Below, piece by piece: positions 54,904 to 64,000 of a stretch of DNA of 64,000 nt. The stretch lies in the NCBI RefSeq assembly GCF_009931435.1, contig NZ_CP043414.1. One strand, given 5' to 3'. Source of the stretch: Escherichia coli (GTDB lineage Bacteria > Pseudomonadota > Gammaproteobacteria > Enterobacterales > Enterobacteriaceae). Below the pieces are notes generated by a model. The model had not been told where the DNA came from. It did not search any database and worked only from the letters and a program-made list of their open reading frames with translations. Position numbers and translations under genes: made by a program. Positions within the stretch are counted from its first letter, which is position 1; each line of letters begins with the position of its first letter.

Positions 54904-57555
54904 ATGAACGAACAATATTCCGCATTGCGTAGTAATGTCAGTATGCTCGGCAAAGTGCTGGGGGAAACCATCAAGGATGCGTTGGGAGAACACATTCTTG
55001 AACGCGTTGAAACTATCCGTAAGTTGTCCAAATCTTCACGCGCTGGCAATGATGCTAACCGCCAGGAGTTGCTCACCACTTTACAAAATTTGTCGAACGA
55101 CGAGCTGCTGCCCGTTGCGCGTGCGTTTAGTCAGTTCCTGAATCTGGCTAACACCGCCGAGCAATACCATAGCATTTCGCCGAAAGGCGAAGCAGCCAAC
55201 AATCCGGAAGTGATCGCCCGCACCCTGCGTAAACTGAAAAACCAGCCGGAACTGAGCGAAGACACCATCAAAAAAGCAGTGGAATCGCTGTCGCTGGAAC
55301 TGGTCCTCACGGCTCACCCAACCGAAATTACCCGTCGTACGCTGATCCACAAAATGGTGGAAGTGAACGCCTGCTTAAAACAGCTCGACAACAAAGATAT
55401 CGCCGACTACGAACATAACCAACTGATGCGCCGCCTGCGCCAGTTGATCGCCCAGTCATGGCATACCGATGAAATCCGTAAGCTGCGCCCAAGCCCGGTA
55501 GATGAGGCCAAATGGGGCTTTGCCGTAGTAGAAAACAGCCTGTGGCAAGGCGTACCGAATTACCTGCGCGAACTGAACGAACAACTGGAAGAGAACCTCG
55601 GCTACAAACTACCCGTCGAATTTGTTCCGGTGCGTTTTACCTCGTGGATGGGCGGCGACCGCGACGGAAACCCGAACGTCACTGCCGATATCACCCGCCA
55701 CGTCCTGCTGCTCAGCCGCTGGAAAGCCACCGATCTGTTCCTGAAAGATATTCAAGTTCTGGTTTCTGAACTGTCGATGGTTGAAGCAACTCCGGAACTG
55801 CTGGCGCTGGTCGGCGAAGAAGGTGCCGCAGAACCGTATCGCTATCTGATGAAAAACCTGCGTTCCCGCTTGATGGCGACACAGGCATGGCTGGAAGCGC
55901 GCCTGAAAGGTGAAGAAGTACCAAAACCAGAGGGTCTGCTGACGCAGAACGAAGAACTGTGGGAGCCGCTCTACGCTTGCTACCAGTCCCTTCAGGCGTG
56001 TGGCATGGGTATTATTGCCAACGGCGATCTGCTCGACACCCTGCGCCGCGTGAAATGTTTCGGTGTACCGCTGGTCCGTATTGATATCCGTCAGGAGAGC
56101 ACCCGTCATACCGAAGCGCTGGGCGAACTGACCCGCTACCTCGGCATCGGCGACTACGAAAGCTGGTCAGAGGCCGACAAACAGGCGTTCCTGATCCGCG
56201 AACTGAACTCCAAACGCCCTCTTCTGCCGCGTAACTGGCAACCGAGCGCCGAAACGCGCGAAGTACTTGATACCTGTCAGGTAATTGCTGAAGCACCGCA
56301 AGGTTCCATTGCCGCCTACGTGATCTCGATGGCAAAAACGCCGTCCGACGTACTGGCTGTACACCTGCTGCTGAAAGAAGCGGGTATTGGATTTGCGATG
56401 CCGGTTGCACCGCTGTTTGAAACCCTTGATGACCTGAACAACGCCAACGATGTCATGACCCAGTTGCTCAATATCGACTGGTATCGCGGCCTGATTCAGG
56501 GCAAACAGATGGTGATGATTGGCTATTCCGACTCAGCAAAAGATGCGGGGGTGATGGCGGCTTCCTGGGCGCAATATCAGGCACAGGATGCATTAATCAA
56601 AACCTGCGAAAAAGCGGGTATTGAACTGACGCTGTTCCACGGCCGCGGCGGTTCCATTGGTCGCGGCGGCGCACCTGCCCATGCGGCGCTGCTGTCACAA
56701 CCGCCAGGAAGCCTGAAAGGCGGCCTGCGCGTGACCGAACAGGGCGAGATGATCCGCTTTAAATATGGTCTGCCAGAAATCACCGTTAGCAGCCTGTCGC
56801 TGTACACCGGGGCGATTCTGGAAGCCAACCTGCTGCCACCGCCGGAGCCGAAAGAGAGCTGGCGTCGCATTATGGATGAACTGTCAGTCATCTCCTGCGA
56901 TCTCTACCGTGGCTACGTACGTGAAAACAAAGATTTTGTGCCGTACTTCCGCTCCGCTACGCCGGAACAAGAGCTGGGCAAACTGCCGTTGGGTTCACGT
57001 CCGGCGAAACGTCGCCCGACCGGCGGCGTCGAGTCACTGCGCGCCATTCCGTGGATTTTTGCCTGGACACAAAACCGCCTGATGCTCCCCGCCTGGCTGG
57101 GTGCAGGTACGGCGCTGCAAAAAGTGGTCGAAGATGGCAAGCAGAGCGAACTGGAAGCCATGTGCCGCGACTGGCCATTCTTCTCGACGCGTCTCGGCAT
57201 GCTGGAGATGGTCTTCGCCAAAGCAGACCTGTGGCTGGCGGAATACTATGATCAACGTCTGGTAGACAAAGCATTATGGCCGTTAGGTAAAGAGTTACGT
57301 AATCTGCAAGAAGAAGACATCAAAGTGGTGCTGGCGATTGCCAACGATTCTCACCTGATGGCCGATCTGCCGTGGATTGCGGAGTCTATTCAGCTGCGAA
57401 ATATTTACACCGACCCACTGAACGTATTGCAGGCCGAGTTGCTACACCGCTCCCGCCAGGCAGAAAAAGAAGGCCAGGAACCGGATCCTCGCGTCGAGCA
57501 AGCGTTAATGGTTACTATTGCCGGGATTGCGGCAGGTATGCGTAATACCGGCTAA
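54904..57555 (+). CDS. ppc: Phosphoenolpyruvate carboxylase
   Basis: 883 aa [40 protein letters not shown]... ending ...[10 protein letters not shown]. Confidence 0.98.
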   Translation: MNEQYSALRSNVSMLGKVLGETIKDALGEHILERVETIRKLSKSSRAGNDANRQELLTTLQNLSNDELLPVARAFSQFLNLANTAEQYHSISPKGEAANNPEVIARTLRKLKNQPELSEDTIKKAVESLSLELVLTAHPTEITRRTLIHKMVEVNACLKQLDNKDIADYEHNQLMRRLRQLIAQSWHTDEIRKLRPSPVDEAKWGFAVVENSLWQGVPNYLRELNEQLEENLGYKLPVEFVPVRFTSWMGGDRDGNPNVTADITRHVLLLSRWKATDLFLKDIQVLVSELSMVEATPELLALVGEEGAAEPYRYLMKNLRSRLMATQAWLEARLKGEEVPKPEGLLTQNEELWEPLYACYQSLQACGMGIIANGDLLDTLRRVKCFGVPLVRIDIRQESTRHTEALGELTRYLGIGDYESWSEADKQAFLIRELNSKRPLLPRNWQPSAETREVLDTCQVIAEAPQGSIAAYVISMAKTPSDVLAVHLLLKEAGIGFAMPVAPLFETLDDLNNANDVMTQLLNIDWYRGLIQGKQMVMIGYSDSAKDAGVMAASWAQYQAQDALIKTCEKAGIELTLFHGRGGSIGRGGAPAHAALLSQPPGSLKGGLRVTEQGEMIRFKYGLPEITVSSLSLYTGAILEANLLPPPEPKESWRRIMDELSVISCDLYRGYVRENKDFVPYFRSATPEQELGKLPLGSRPAKRRPTGGVESLRAIPWIFAWTQNRLMLPAWLGAGTALQKVVEDGKQSELEAMCRDWPFFSTRLGMLEMVFAKADLWLAEYYDQRLVDKALWPLGKELRNLQEEDIKVVLAIANDSHLMADLPWIAESIQLRNIYTDPLNVLQAELLHRSRQAEKEGQEPDPRVEQALMVTIAGIAAGMRNTG

Positions 57556-57569
57556 TCTTCCCCCCTCCT

Positions 57570-57605
57570 GCAAACCCTCGTGCTTTTGCGCGAGGGTTTT
57601 CTGAA
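57570..57605 (+). terminator. ppc rho-independent terminator
   Basis: AAACCCTCGTGCTTTTGCGCGAGGGTTTTCTG hairpin plus U-run 15 nt after the ppc stop. Confidence 0.65.
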
Positions 57606-57738
57606 ATACTTCTGTTCTAACACCCTCGTTTTCAATATATTTCTGTCTGCATTTTATTCAAATTCTGGATATCCCTTCAGATATCCTTAAGGAATTGTCG
57701 TTACATTCGGCGATATTTTTTCAAGACAGGTTCTTACT

Positions 57739-59472
57739 ATGCATTCCACAGAAGTCCAGGCTAAACCTCTTTTTAGCTGGAAAGCCCTGGGTTGGGCACT
57801 GCTCTACTTTTGGTTTTTCTCTACCTTGCTACAGGCCATTATTTATATCAGTGGCTATAGTGGCACCAACGGCATTCGCGACTCGCTGTTATTCAGTTCG
57901 CTGTGGTTGATCCCGGTATTCCTTTTTCCGAAGCGGATTAAAATTATTGCCGCAGTAATCGGCGTAGTGTTATGGGCGGCCTCTCTGGCGGCGCTGTGCT
58001 ACTACGTCATCTACGGTCAGGAGTTCTCGCAGAGCGTTCTGTTTGTGATGTTCGAAACCAACACCAACGAAGCCAGCGAGTATTTAAGCCAGTATTTCAG
58101 CCTGAAAATTGTGCTTATCGCGCTGGCCTATACGGCGGTGGCAGTTCTGCTGTGGACACGCCTGCGCCCGGTCTATATTCCAAAGCCGTGGCGTTATGTT
58201 GTCTCTTTTGCCCTGCTTTATGGCTTGATTCTGCATCCGATCGCCATGAATACGTTTATCAAAAACAAGCCGTTTGAGAAAACGTTGGATAACCTGGCAT
58301 CGCGTATGGAGCCTGCCGCACCGTGGCAATTCCTGACCGGCTATTATCAGTATCGTCAGCAACTAAACTCGCTAACAAAGCTACTGAATGAAAATAATGC
58401 CTTGCCGCCGCTGGCTAATTTCAAAGATGAATCGGGTAACGAACCGCGCACCTTAGTGCTGGTGATTGGCGAGTCGACCCAGCGTGGACGCATGAGTCTG
58501 TACGGTTATCCGCGTGAAACCACGCCGGAGCTGGATGCGCTGCATAAAACCGATCCGAATCTGACCGTGTTTAATAACGTGGTGACGTCTCGTCCGTACA
58601 CCATTGAAATCCTGCAGCAGGCGCTGACTTTTGCCAATGAAAAGAACCCAGATCTGTATCTGACGCAGCCGTCGCTGATGAACATGATGAAACAGGCGGG
58701 TTATAAAACCTTCTGGATCACCAACCAGCAGACGATGACCGCCCGCAATACCATGCTGACGGTATTTTCGCGCCAGACCGACAAGCAGTACTACATGAAC
58801 CAGCAACGTACGCAGAGTGCGCGTGAATACGACACCAACGTGCTGAAGCCGTTCCAGGAAGTGCTGAATGACCCTGCGCCGAAGAAACTGATCATCGTTC
58901 ATCTGCTGGGTACGCATATCAAATACAAATACCGCTACCCGGAAAATCAGGGCAAGTTTGATGGCAATACCGATCATGTTCCGCCGGGACTAAGCGCAGA
59001 AGAGCTGGAGTCATATAACGATTATGATAACGCTAACCTGTATAACGATCATGTGGTTGCCAGCCTGATTAAAGACTTTAAAGCAGCAGACCCGAACGGT
59101 TTCCTGGTTTACTTCTCTGACCACGGTGAAGAGGTTTACGACACGCCACCGCACAAAACTCAGGGGCGTAATGAAGACAATCCGACGCGCCACATGTACA
59201 CCATTCCGTTCTTGCTGTGGACGTCAGAAAAATGGCAGGCAACTCATCCGCGTGATTTCTCGCAGGATGTTGATCGTAAATACAGCCTGGCGGAACTGAT
59301 CCACACCTGGTCAGATTTGGCGGGCTTATCTTACGACGGTTACGATCCAACCCGTTCAGTGGTGAATCCGCAGTTCAAAGAAACTACCCGCTGGATTGGT
59401 AACCCGTACAAGAAAAACGCGCTGATCGATTACGACACTCTGCCGTATGGCGATCAGGTGGGTAATCAGTAA
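57739..59472 (+). CDS. eptC: Phosphoethanolamine transferase EptC (YijP/CptA)
   Basis: 577 aa; N-terminal multi-pass membrane domain followed by a sulfatase-like periplasmic domain. Confidence 0.93.
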   Translation: MHSTEVQAKPLFSWKALGWALLYFWFFSTLLQAIIYISGYSGTNGIRDSLLFSSLWLIPVFLFPKRIKIIAAVIGVVLWAASLAALCYYVIYGQEFSQSVLFVMFETNTNEASEYLSQYFSLKIVLIALAYTAVAVLLWTRLRPVYIPKPWRYVVSFALLYGLILHPIAMNTFIKNKPFEKTLDNLASRMEPAAPWQFLTGYYQYRQQLNSLTKLLNENNALPPLANFKDESGNEPRTLVLVIGESTQRGRMSLYGYPRETTPELDALHKTDPNLTVFNNVVTSRPYTIEILQQALTFANEKNPDLYLTQPSLMNMMKQAGYKTFWITNQQTMTARNTMLTVFSRQTDKQYYMNQQRTQSAREYDTNVLKPFQEVLNDPAPKKLIIVHLLGTHIKYKYRYPENQGKFDGNTDHVPPGLSAEELESYNDYDNANLYNDHVVASLIKDFKAADPNGFLVYFSDHGEEVYDTPPHKTQGRNEDNPTRHMYTIPFLLWTSEKWQATHPRDFSQDVDRKYSLAELIHTWSDLAGLSYDGYDPTRSVVNPQFKETTRWIGNPYKKNALIDYDTLPYGDQVGNQ

Positions 59473-59545
59473 ATGACCTTTGTATCGCGTCTGGCGCTAT
59501 TTGCCGGATGCGATACTGGCACAATGTTTACATCGCACTCCCATC

Positions 59546-59575
59546 AGGCCACACTTTTCAGGTGGCCTTTTTTCA
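59546..59575 (+). terminator. eptC rho-independent terminator
   Basis: AGGCCACACTTTTCAGGTGGCCTTTTTTC. Confidence 0.55.
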
Positions 59576-59620
59576 TAATGCCAGTTACTGTTTTCCCGTC
59601 TACATACCTAAGGGAATAAC

Positions 59621-60472
59621 ATGTATCACGACGTCAGCTATCTGCTCTCCCGCCTGATAAACGGCCCGCTGTCGCTGCGCCAGATTTACTTTGCCAGCAG
59701 CAACGGTCCGGCGCCCGATCTTGCGTATCAGGTCGATTTTCCACGGCTGGAAATAGTGCTGGAAGGTGAATTTGTTGATACCGGCGCTGGCGCAACGTTA
59801 GTTCCCGGCGATGTGCTGTACGTTCCCGCTGGTGGCTGGAATTTTCCACAATGGCAAGCCCCCGCCACTACCTTTAGCGTGCTGTTTGGCAAACAGCAAC
59901 TCGGCTTCAGCGTCGTGCAATGGGATGGCAAACAATATCAAAATCTGGCGAAGCAACACGTCGCCCGACGCGGCCCGCGCATTGGTTCTTTTCTGCTACA
60001 AACGCTCAATGAAATGCAAATGCAGTCGCAGGAGCAGCAAACGGCCAGACTTATCGTCGCTAGCCTGCTTAGCCACTGCCGCGATTTGCTTGGCAGCCAA
60101 ATCCAGACCGCCTCACGCAGCCAGGCACTATTCGAAGCTATTCGCGATTATATCGACGAACGCTATGCCTCCGCGCTTACCCGCGAATCTGTCGCACAGG
60201 CGTTCTATATTTCGCCAAATTACCTCTCGCACCTGTTTCAAAAAACGGGGGCTATTGGATTTAACGAATACCTGAATCACACGCGACTGGAACACGCTAA
60301 GACGTTATTGAAAGGCTATGACCTGAAGGTAAAAGAAGTGGCGCACGCCTGCGGCTTTGTTGACAGCAACTACTTCTGCCGTCTGTTTCGTAAAAACACC
60401 GAACGCTCGCCGTCGGAATATCGTCGGCAATACCATAGCCAACTGACAGAAAAATCGACTACTCCAGAATAA
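59621..60472 (+). CDS. yijO: AraC/XylS-family transcriptional regulator YijO
   Basis: 283 aa with a C-terminal AraC-type HTH (EVAHACGFVDSNYFCRLFRKNTERSPSEYRRQ). Confidence 0.9.
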   Translation: MYHDVSYLLSRLINGPLSLRQIYFASSNGPAPDLAYQVDFPRLEIVLEGEFVDTGAGATLVPGDVLYVPAGGWNFPQWQAPATTFSVLFGKQQLGFSVVQWDGKQYQNLAKQHVARRGPRIGSFLLQTLNEMQMQSQEQQTARLIVASLLSHCRDLLGSQIQTASRSQALFEAIRDYIDERYASALTRESVAQAFYISPNYLSHLFQKTGAIGFNEYLNHTRLEHAKTLLKGYDLKVKEVAHACGFVDSNYFCRLFRKNTERSPSEYRRQYHSQLTEKSTTPE

Positions 60473-60800
60473 GATGGGTTTGCTGCGGCGCAGAAAGCAC
60501 TTTACGCACCGCGCTCATCACCCGCTGCGGCTCACGCAGGAACGCGTAGATGCTGCATTGCACGTAGCGGCAATGTTCAAATCGCTCAGCACCGGCAAGT
60601 TCAATATCCGTAATCAACAGCGCAACATCCGCCCGGCGGATATCCTCGTCCGCTAAACGATTCTCCGTTCCCAAAGCACCCTGAGTTTCAATGCTGACGC
60701 CCCACTTCTCTAACTGGCACAACTTTTCCAGCCGTTCCGCCGCCATATAAGTATGCGCCACGCCACTGACGCAGGCGGTTACTGCCACCAGGTATGCCAT
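60459..60800 (-). CDS. frwD: PTS fructose-like EIIB component FrwD
   Basis: 113 aa MAYLVAVTACVSGVAHTYMAAERLEKLCQLEKWGV... (EIIB-Fru type with active-site Cys near the N-terminus). Confidence 0.9.
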   Translation of the reverse strand: MAYLVAVTACVSGVAHTYMAAERLEKLCQLEKWGVSIETQGALGTENRLADEDIRRADVALLITDIELAGAERFEHCRYVQCSIYAFLREPQRVMSAVRKVLSAPQQTHLILE

Positions 60801-60801
60801 T

Positions 60802-61680
60802 TTAACCTCCCACGGTAACCTGAAATCCGGCCCGTTCTGCCATTTCGCGCATCGTTGTCACATCGGCTGACGACGGCGCAGGCACCTCTTTCATCGACCA
60901 TGTTTTCCCCAGCAGGCGGTATTTCGGTTCGCCGTACTGGTGAAACGGTAACAGATGGATCTGCCTGATATTCAGCGGGATCAGTACGTCCAGCGCCTGC
61001 TGCATATTCTCCCGACTGAGCGTGAAACCTGGGATCAGTGGCAAGCGCGGTATCACATTAACACCTTCGCTCACCAGCAAACGTAGGTTCTCCAACACGC
61101 GCGGCAGGTTCATCTTCACCACATCCCGCGCCTGAGTTGCATCCATTATTTTTAAATCGAACAACACTTCATCGCACAATTTCGCCAGCGGTAACAGCTT
61201 GCTGGCTGGAGCGTCTCCGGCAGTTTCGATGGCGCATGACACGCCCCACAGACGAAGTCGCTGTAAAAAACGGGTAGCAAACTCCGCCTGCATTAACACT
61301 TCGCCGCCAGAAAGCGTGACGCCACCGCCGGACGCGCGAAAGAAAATGTCATCTTTCATCACTTCCCGCTCCAGCGCGTCAAGGCTGATATCGCGACCAA
61401 TCCGTTCAAATGCGCCGGAGGGGCATTCATCCGCATCACGCAAACATTTTGCGCAGTGCAGGCATTTCGCCTCTCTGCGCACCGTCTGGATTTTGCCGGA
61501 GATCGACTCCGGATTAGCACACCACGGGCAAAGATGCGGGCAGCCTTTAAAAAAGACCACCGTACGAATGCCCTCGCCGTCATTCAGTGAATAACGCTGA
61601 ATGTTGAAAATGCGCGCCACATCATCGCGGCGCGTTTCCACAACGTTACAGCTGATGCGCTGTCCGGCGGATGATGTCAT
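60802..61680 (-). CDS. pflC: Pyruvate formate-lyase 2 activating enzyme PflC (radical SAM)
   Basis: Track ORF 60802..61749; homologous start MTSSAGQRISCNVVETRRDDVARIFNIQRYSLNDGEGIRTVVFFKGCPHLCPWCANPE (292 aa). Confidence 0.93.
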   Translation of the reverse strand: MTSSAGQRISCNVVETRRDDVARIFNIQRYSLNDGEGIRTVVFFKGCPHLCPWCANPESISGKIQTVRREAKCLHCAKCLRDADECPSGAFERIGRDISLDALEREVMKDDIFFRASGGGVTLSGGEVLMQAEFATRFLQRLRLWGVSCAIETAGDAPASKLLPLAKLCDEVLFDLKIMDATQARDVVKMNLPRVLENLRLLVSEGVNVIPRLPLIPGFTLSRENMQQALDVLIPLNIRQIHLLPFHQYGEPKYRLLGKTWSMKEVPAPSSADVTTMREMAERAGFQVTVGG

Positions 61681-63943
61681 CCTGGATCTCCTTCGACAGT
61701 TCGACAAAGAAGGCGCTGTATCCGGCAACGCGCACCACCAGCCCGGCATAATCTTGTGGGCGCTGTTGAGCTTCCCGCAACGTGTCAGCGTTCACCACGT
61801 TAAACTGAATATGCTGCAACTTAAGCTGGGTAAATGCCCGTAAGAAGTCGGCCAGTTTGCGTAATCCCGCTTCACCTTCCAGGGTCGCCGGAGTGAATTT
61901 CACGTTCAGCAATGTACCGTTAGAAAGCAGCGTGTTATCGAGCTTGCTGACTGATTTCAGTACCGCCGTTGGTCCTTGTGCATCCTGGCCCAGCATGGGA
62001 GACAAACCACCGTCTGCCAGTTGTTCCCCGGCAAAACGGCCGTCTGGCGTCGCACCAACCACCGATCCCAACGGGACGTGAGCAGAAACGGTATACGATC
62101 CCGGCGTGAAGTAGCCACCGCGCGGGTTCTGGTATTTTTCCACTTCTTTGCAGTAATGACGCAGGAGTTCGGCGCTAATGTTATCCACCTCGTCGATATC
62201 GTTACCGTATTTCTCAAAGCGGTTAATTAAGCGAGCGCGGACTTTTTCGCCTTCTGGCGTTGCGAAGTTGGCTTTTAATACCGACAGCAATTCGTCAAAA
62301 CTTAAACGCTGTTGCTCAAAAACCATCCCTTTCAACGCATGGAGAGAATCGCTCAGGTTGGCGATACCGATCCCCTGTACGCCGGAGAAGTTATAACGCG
62401 CGCCGCCATCGGTAATATCGCGGCCTTTTTCCAGACAATCGCTGATAAACGACGAGAGCAGCGGTACAGGAGCCCAGTCACGGTGACCGATATCACAAAT
62501 ATTGCTGCCTTCAACCATCAGGGTGATGTAGTGGCTGATCTTGGCGCGGATCTGTTCCAGCAAACCTTCATAACTCAGCGTGGCATTACCTTCATTTTCA
62601 TGCAGGCAGATTTCCATCACTTTCAGCAGGTTAAACATCGCGATGTCATGCAGACCATAGGTTCTGCCAGGAATAGATAACTCCACGCAACCCACTACGG
62701 AATAATCGCGCGCATCTTCCAGCGAAACTCCACGATTGAGGAACGCTGGCACCACCACTTCATCGTTGAAGATTTGCGGAATACCCGTGCCGAGGCGAAT
62801 GGTTTCTGCGGTTTTCATCAGGAACGGCGTGTCGATCAAGGCGTTAGTGCGCACACCCAGGTTCGGTTGTGGTAATTGCACGCTTTGATAGGCATCGAGG
62901 CAAAGGAACGAAAGCACGTTCACCGCGCTACGTCCGTTTTCGGTTAACCCACCGAGCAGGGCGGTATAGCCGGTCGGGAAACCTGCAAAATAGCGCGCGC
63001 TGCTGGTGGAGCGTAACAGCACGATGTCGTTGCATTTCACCCATAAAGATTCGAGCAGTTCTTTCAGGAACGCCGGATCTTCGCCCTGGGTTAATGATGC
63101 CTGATAGAACGGCAACATATACTGGTCGAAGCGCCCTAAAGACAGCGAGCTGGCGTTGGATTCGTATTGCAGAATGATGTTCATGTACCAGAACAACTGG
63201 CACGCTTGCCAGAACGTCTGCGGCTTATGTTCGGCGTTATGGCGGGAGATCTCCGCGATAGTCAGCAGTTCTTCGCGACGCTGGGCATCAGTGCAGTTTG
63301 CCGCCATCGTTTCCGCCAGTTCGGCGTAACGCAAAATGTGTTTCTGCGAGGCTTCGAGCAATAACAGCGCAGCCTGATAAAAGTGATTCTCCGGCTGTTG
63401 CTGGCAATGTTGCTGCATCTGCGCCACCAGCTCACCCAGCCCGTGATTCAGCAGGCGCGGGTAATCAATAATGATGTGCCCCTGGCCTTTATCTGTCTGG
63501 TTGATACTGAAAATCTGCGTGCTGGTCGCGACTTTTACTTCATCCGTCATCTGCCCGTTGATGAAATCTTTCATCGAACGTTTTTCCCAGTATGGGAACA
63601 GTTCTTCGCGGTAGATACGTTTATCTTCTTCACTAATGGCGAAGCGGTCCTGCGGTCGCGTCGGAAATTGATCCAGCTCTTTCAGCAGCCAGTAAGGGGC
63701 CATTTCCGGCGACATAATCCCGGCGCGCGGTTTTACGGTACGGTTACCAGCAATCAGTTCTTCATCACGAATCGAAATTTCAACATGTTCAAGGATATAC
63801 GCTGTTGCTTTCGCCCGGCGCAATATCACTGGTTCGCCTTCGGTTTGCCGATGGCTGGCGGTATAAAGCAGCGCCCGCTCCAGCGAGATTTCACGGGTAT
63901 TAGCAAACAGTGCAGTTTTAAGGCGAGAGATACGATTCGTCAT
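61646..63943 (-). CDS. pflD: Glycyl-radical enzyme PflD (formate acetyltransferase 2 family)
   Basis: 765 aa; C-terminal glycyl-radical motif VVRVAGYSAFF; overlaps the pflC start. Confidence 0.95.
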   Translation of the reverse strand: MTNRISRLKTALFANTREISLERALLYTASHRQTEGEPVILRRAKATAYILEHVEISIRDEELIAGNRTVKPRAGIMSPEMAPYWLLKELDQFPTRPQDRFAISEEDKRIYREELFPYWEKRSMKDFINGQMTDEVKVATSTQIFSINQTDKGQGHIIIDYPRLLNHGLGELVAQMQQHCQQQPENHFYQAALLLLEASQKHILRYAELAETMAANCTDAQRREELLTIAEISRHNAEHKPQTFWQACQLFWYMNIILQYESNASSLSLGRFDQYMLPFYQASLTQGEDPAFLKELLESLWVKCNDIVLLRSTSSARYFAGFPTGYTALLGGLTENGRSAVNVLSFLCLDAYQSVQLPQPNLGVRTNALIDTPFLMKTAETIRLGTGIPQIFNDEVVVPAFLNRGVSLEDARDYSVVGCVELSIPGRTYGLHDIAMFNLLKVMEICLHENEGNATLSYEGLLEQIRAKISHYITLMVEGSNICDIGHRDWAPVPLLSSFISDCLEKGRDITDGGARYNFSGVQGIGIANLSDSLHALKGMVFEQQRLSFDELLSVLKANFATPEGEKVRARLINRFEKYGNDIDEVDNISAELLRHYCKEVEKYQNPRGGYFTPGSYTVSAHVPLGSVVGATPDGRFAGEQLADGGLSPMLGQDAQGPTAVLKSVSKLDNTLLSNGTLLNVKFTPATLEGEAGLRKLADFLRAFTQLKLQHIQFNVVNADTLREAQQRPQDYAGLVVRVAGYSAFFVELSKEIQDDIIRRTAHQL

Positions 63944-64000
63944 GAGGAACTCCTGTGGGGAAGCGAACCCGCCCTTGCGAGCGGGATAAGGACTTAAGCG

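Overview
This window is Escherichia coli chromosome from the 89-90 min region, in reverse-complement orientation relative to the K-12 map. Gene order: nudC' - rsd - thiCEFSGH (TPP riboswitch) - rpoC-rpoB-rplL-rplJ-rplA-rplK - nusG-secE - tufB with the thrU-tyrU-glyT-thrT tRNA cluster - coaA - birA-murB - the complete rrnB operon (16S, tRNA-Glu, 23S, 5S) - murI - btuB (cobalamin riboswitch) - trmA - yijD - fabR - sthA - oxyR/oxyS - [about 12 kb accessory island] - argH-argB-argC / argE - ppc - eptC - yijO - frwD - pflC - pflD. Most of it is highly conserved core genome. The main point of interest is the island between oxyS and argH (about 37.8-50.0 kb), which from my recollection is not present at this position in K-12. 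It has two modules: (i) an RspA/ManD-like enolase-superfamily dehydratase with an ACS-family MFS transporter, and (ii) an AT-rich DeoR-regulated ABC transporter operon with an SgbU/UlaE-like 3-epimerase and an FGGY (LyxK-like) kinase, plus a divergent AraD-like L-ribulose-5-P 4-epimerase. Between the two modules lies a diverged second copy of the oxyS small RNA. Secondary observations are a mosaic btuB allele and a shortened single-terminator rrnB 3' end. All identifications come from reading the sequence and the supplied ORF translations against remembered reference sequences; no database search was run, and hand-derived coordinates for non-ORF features may be off by a few bases.
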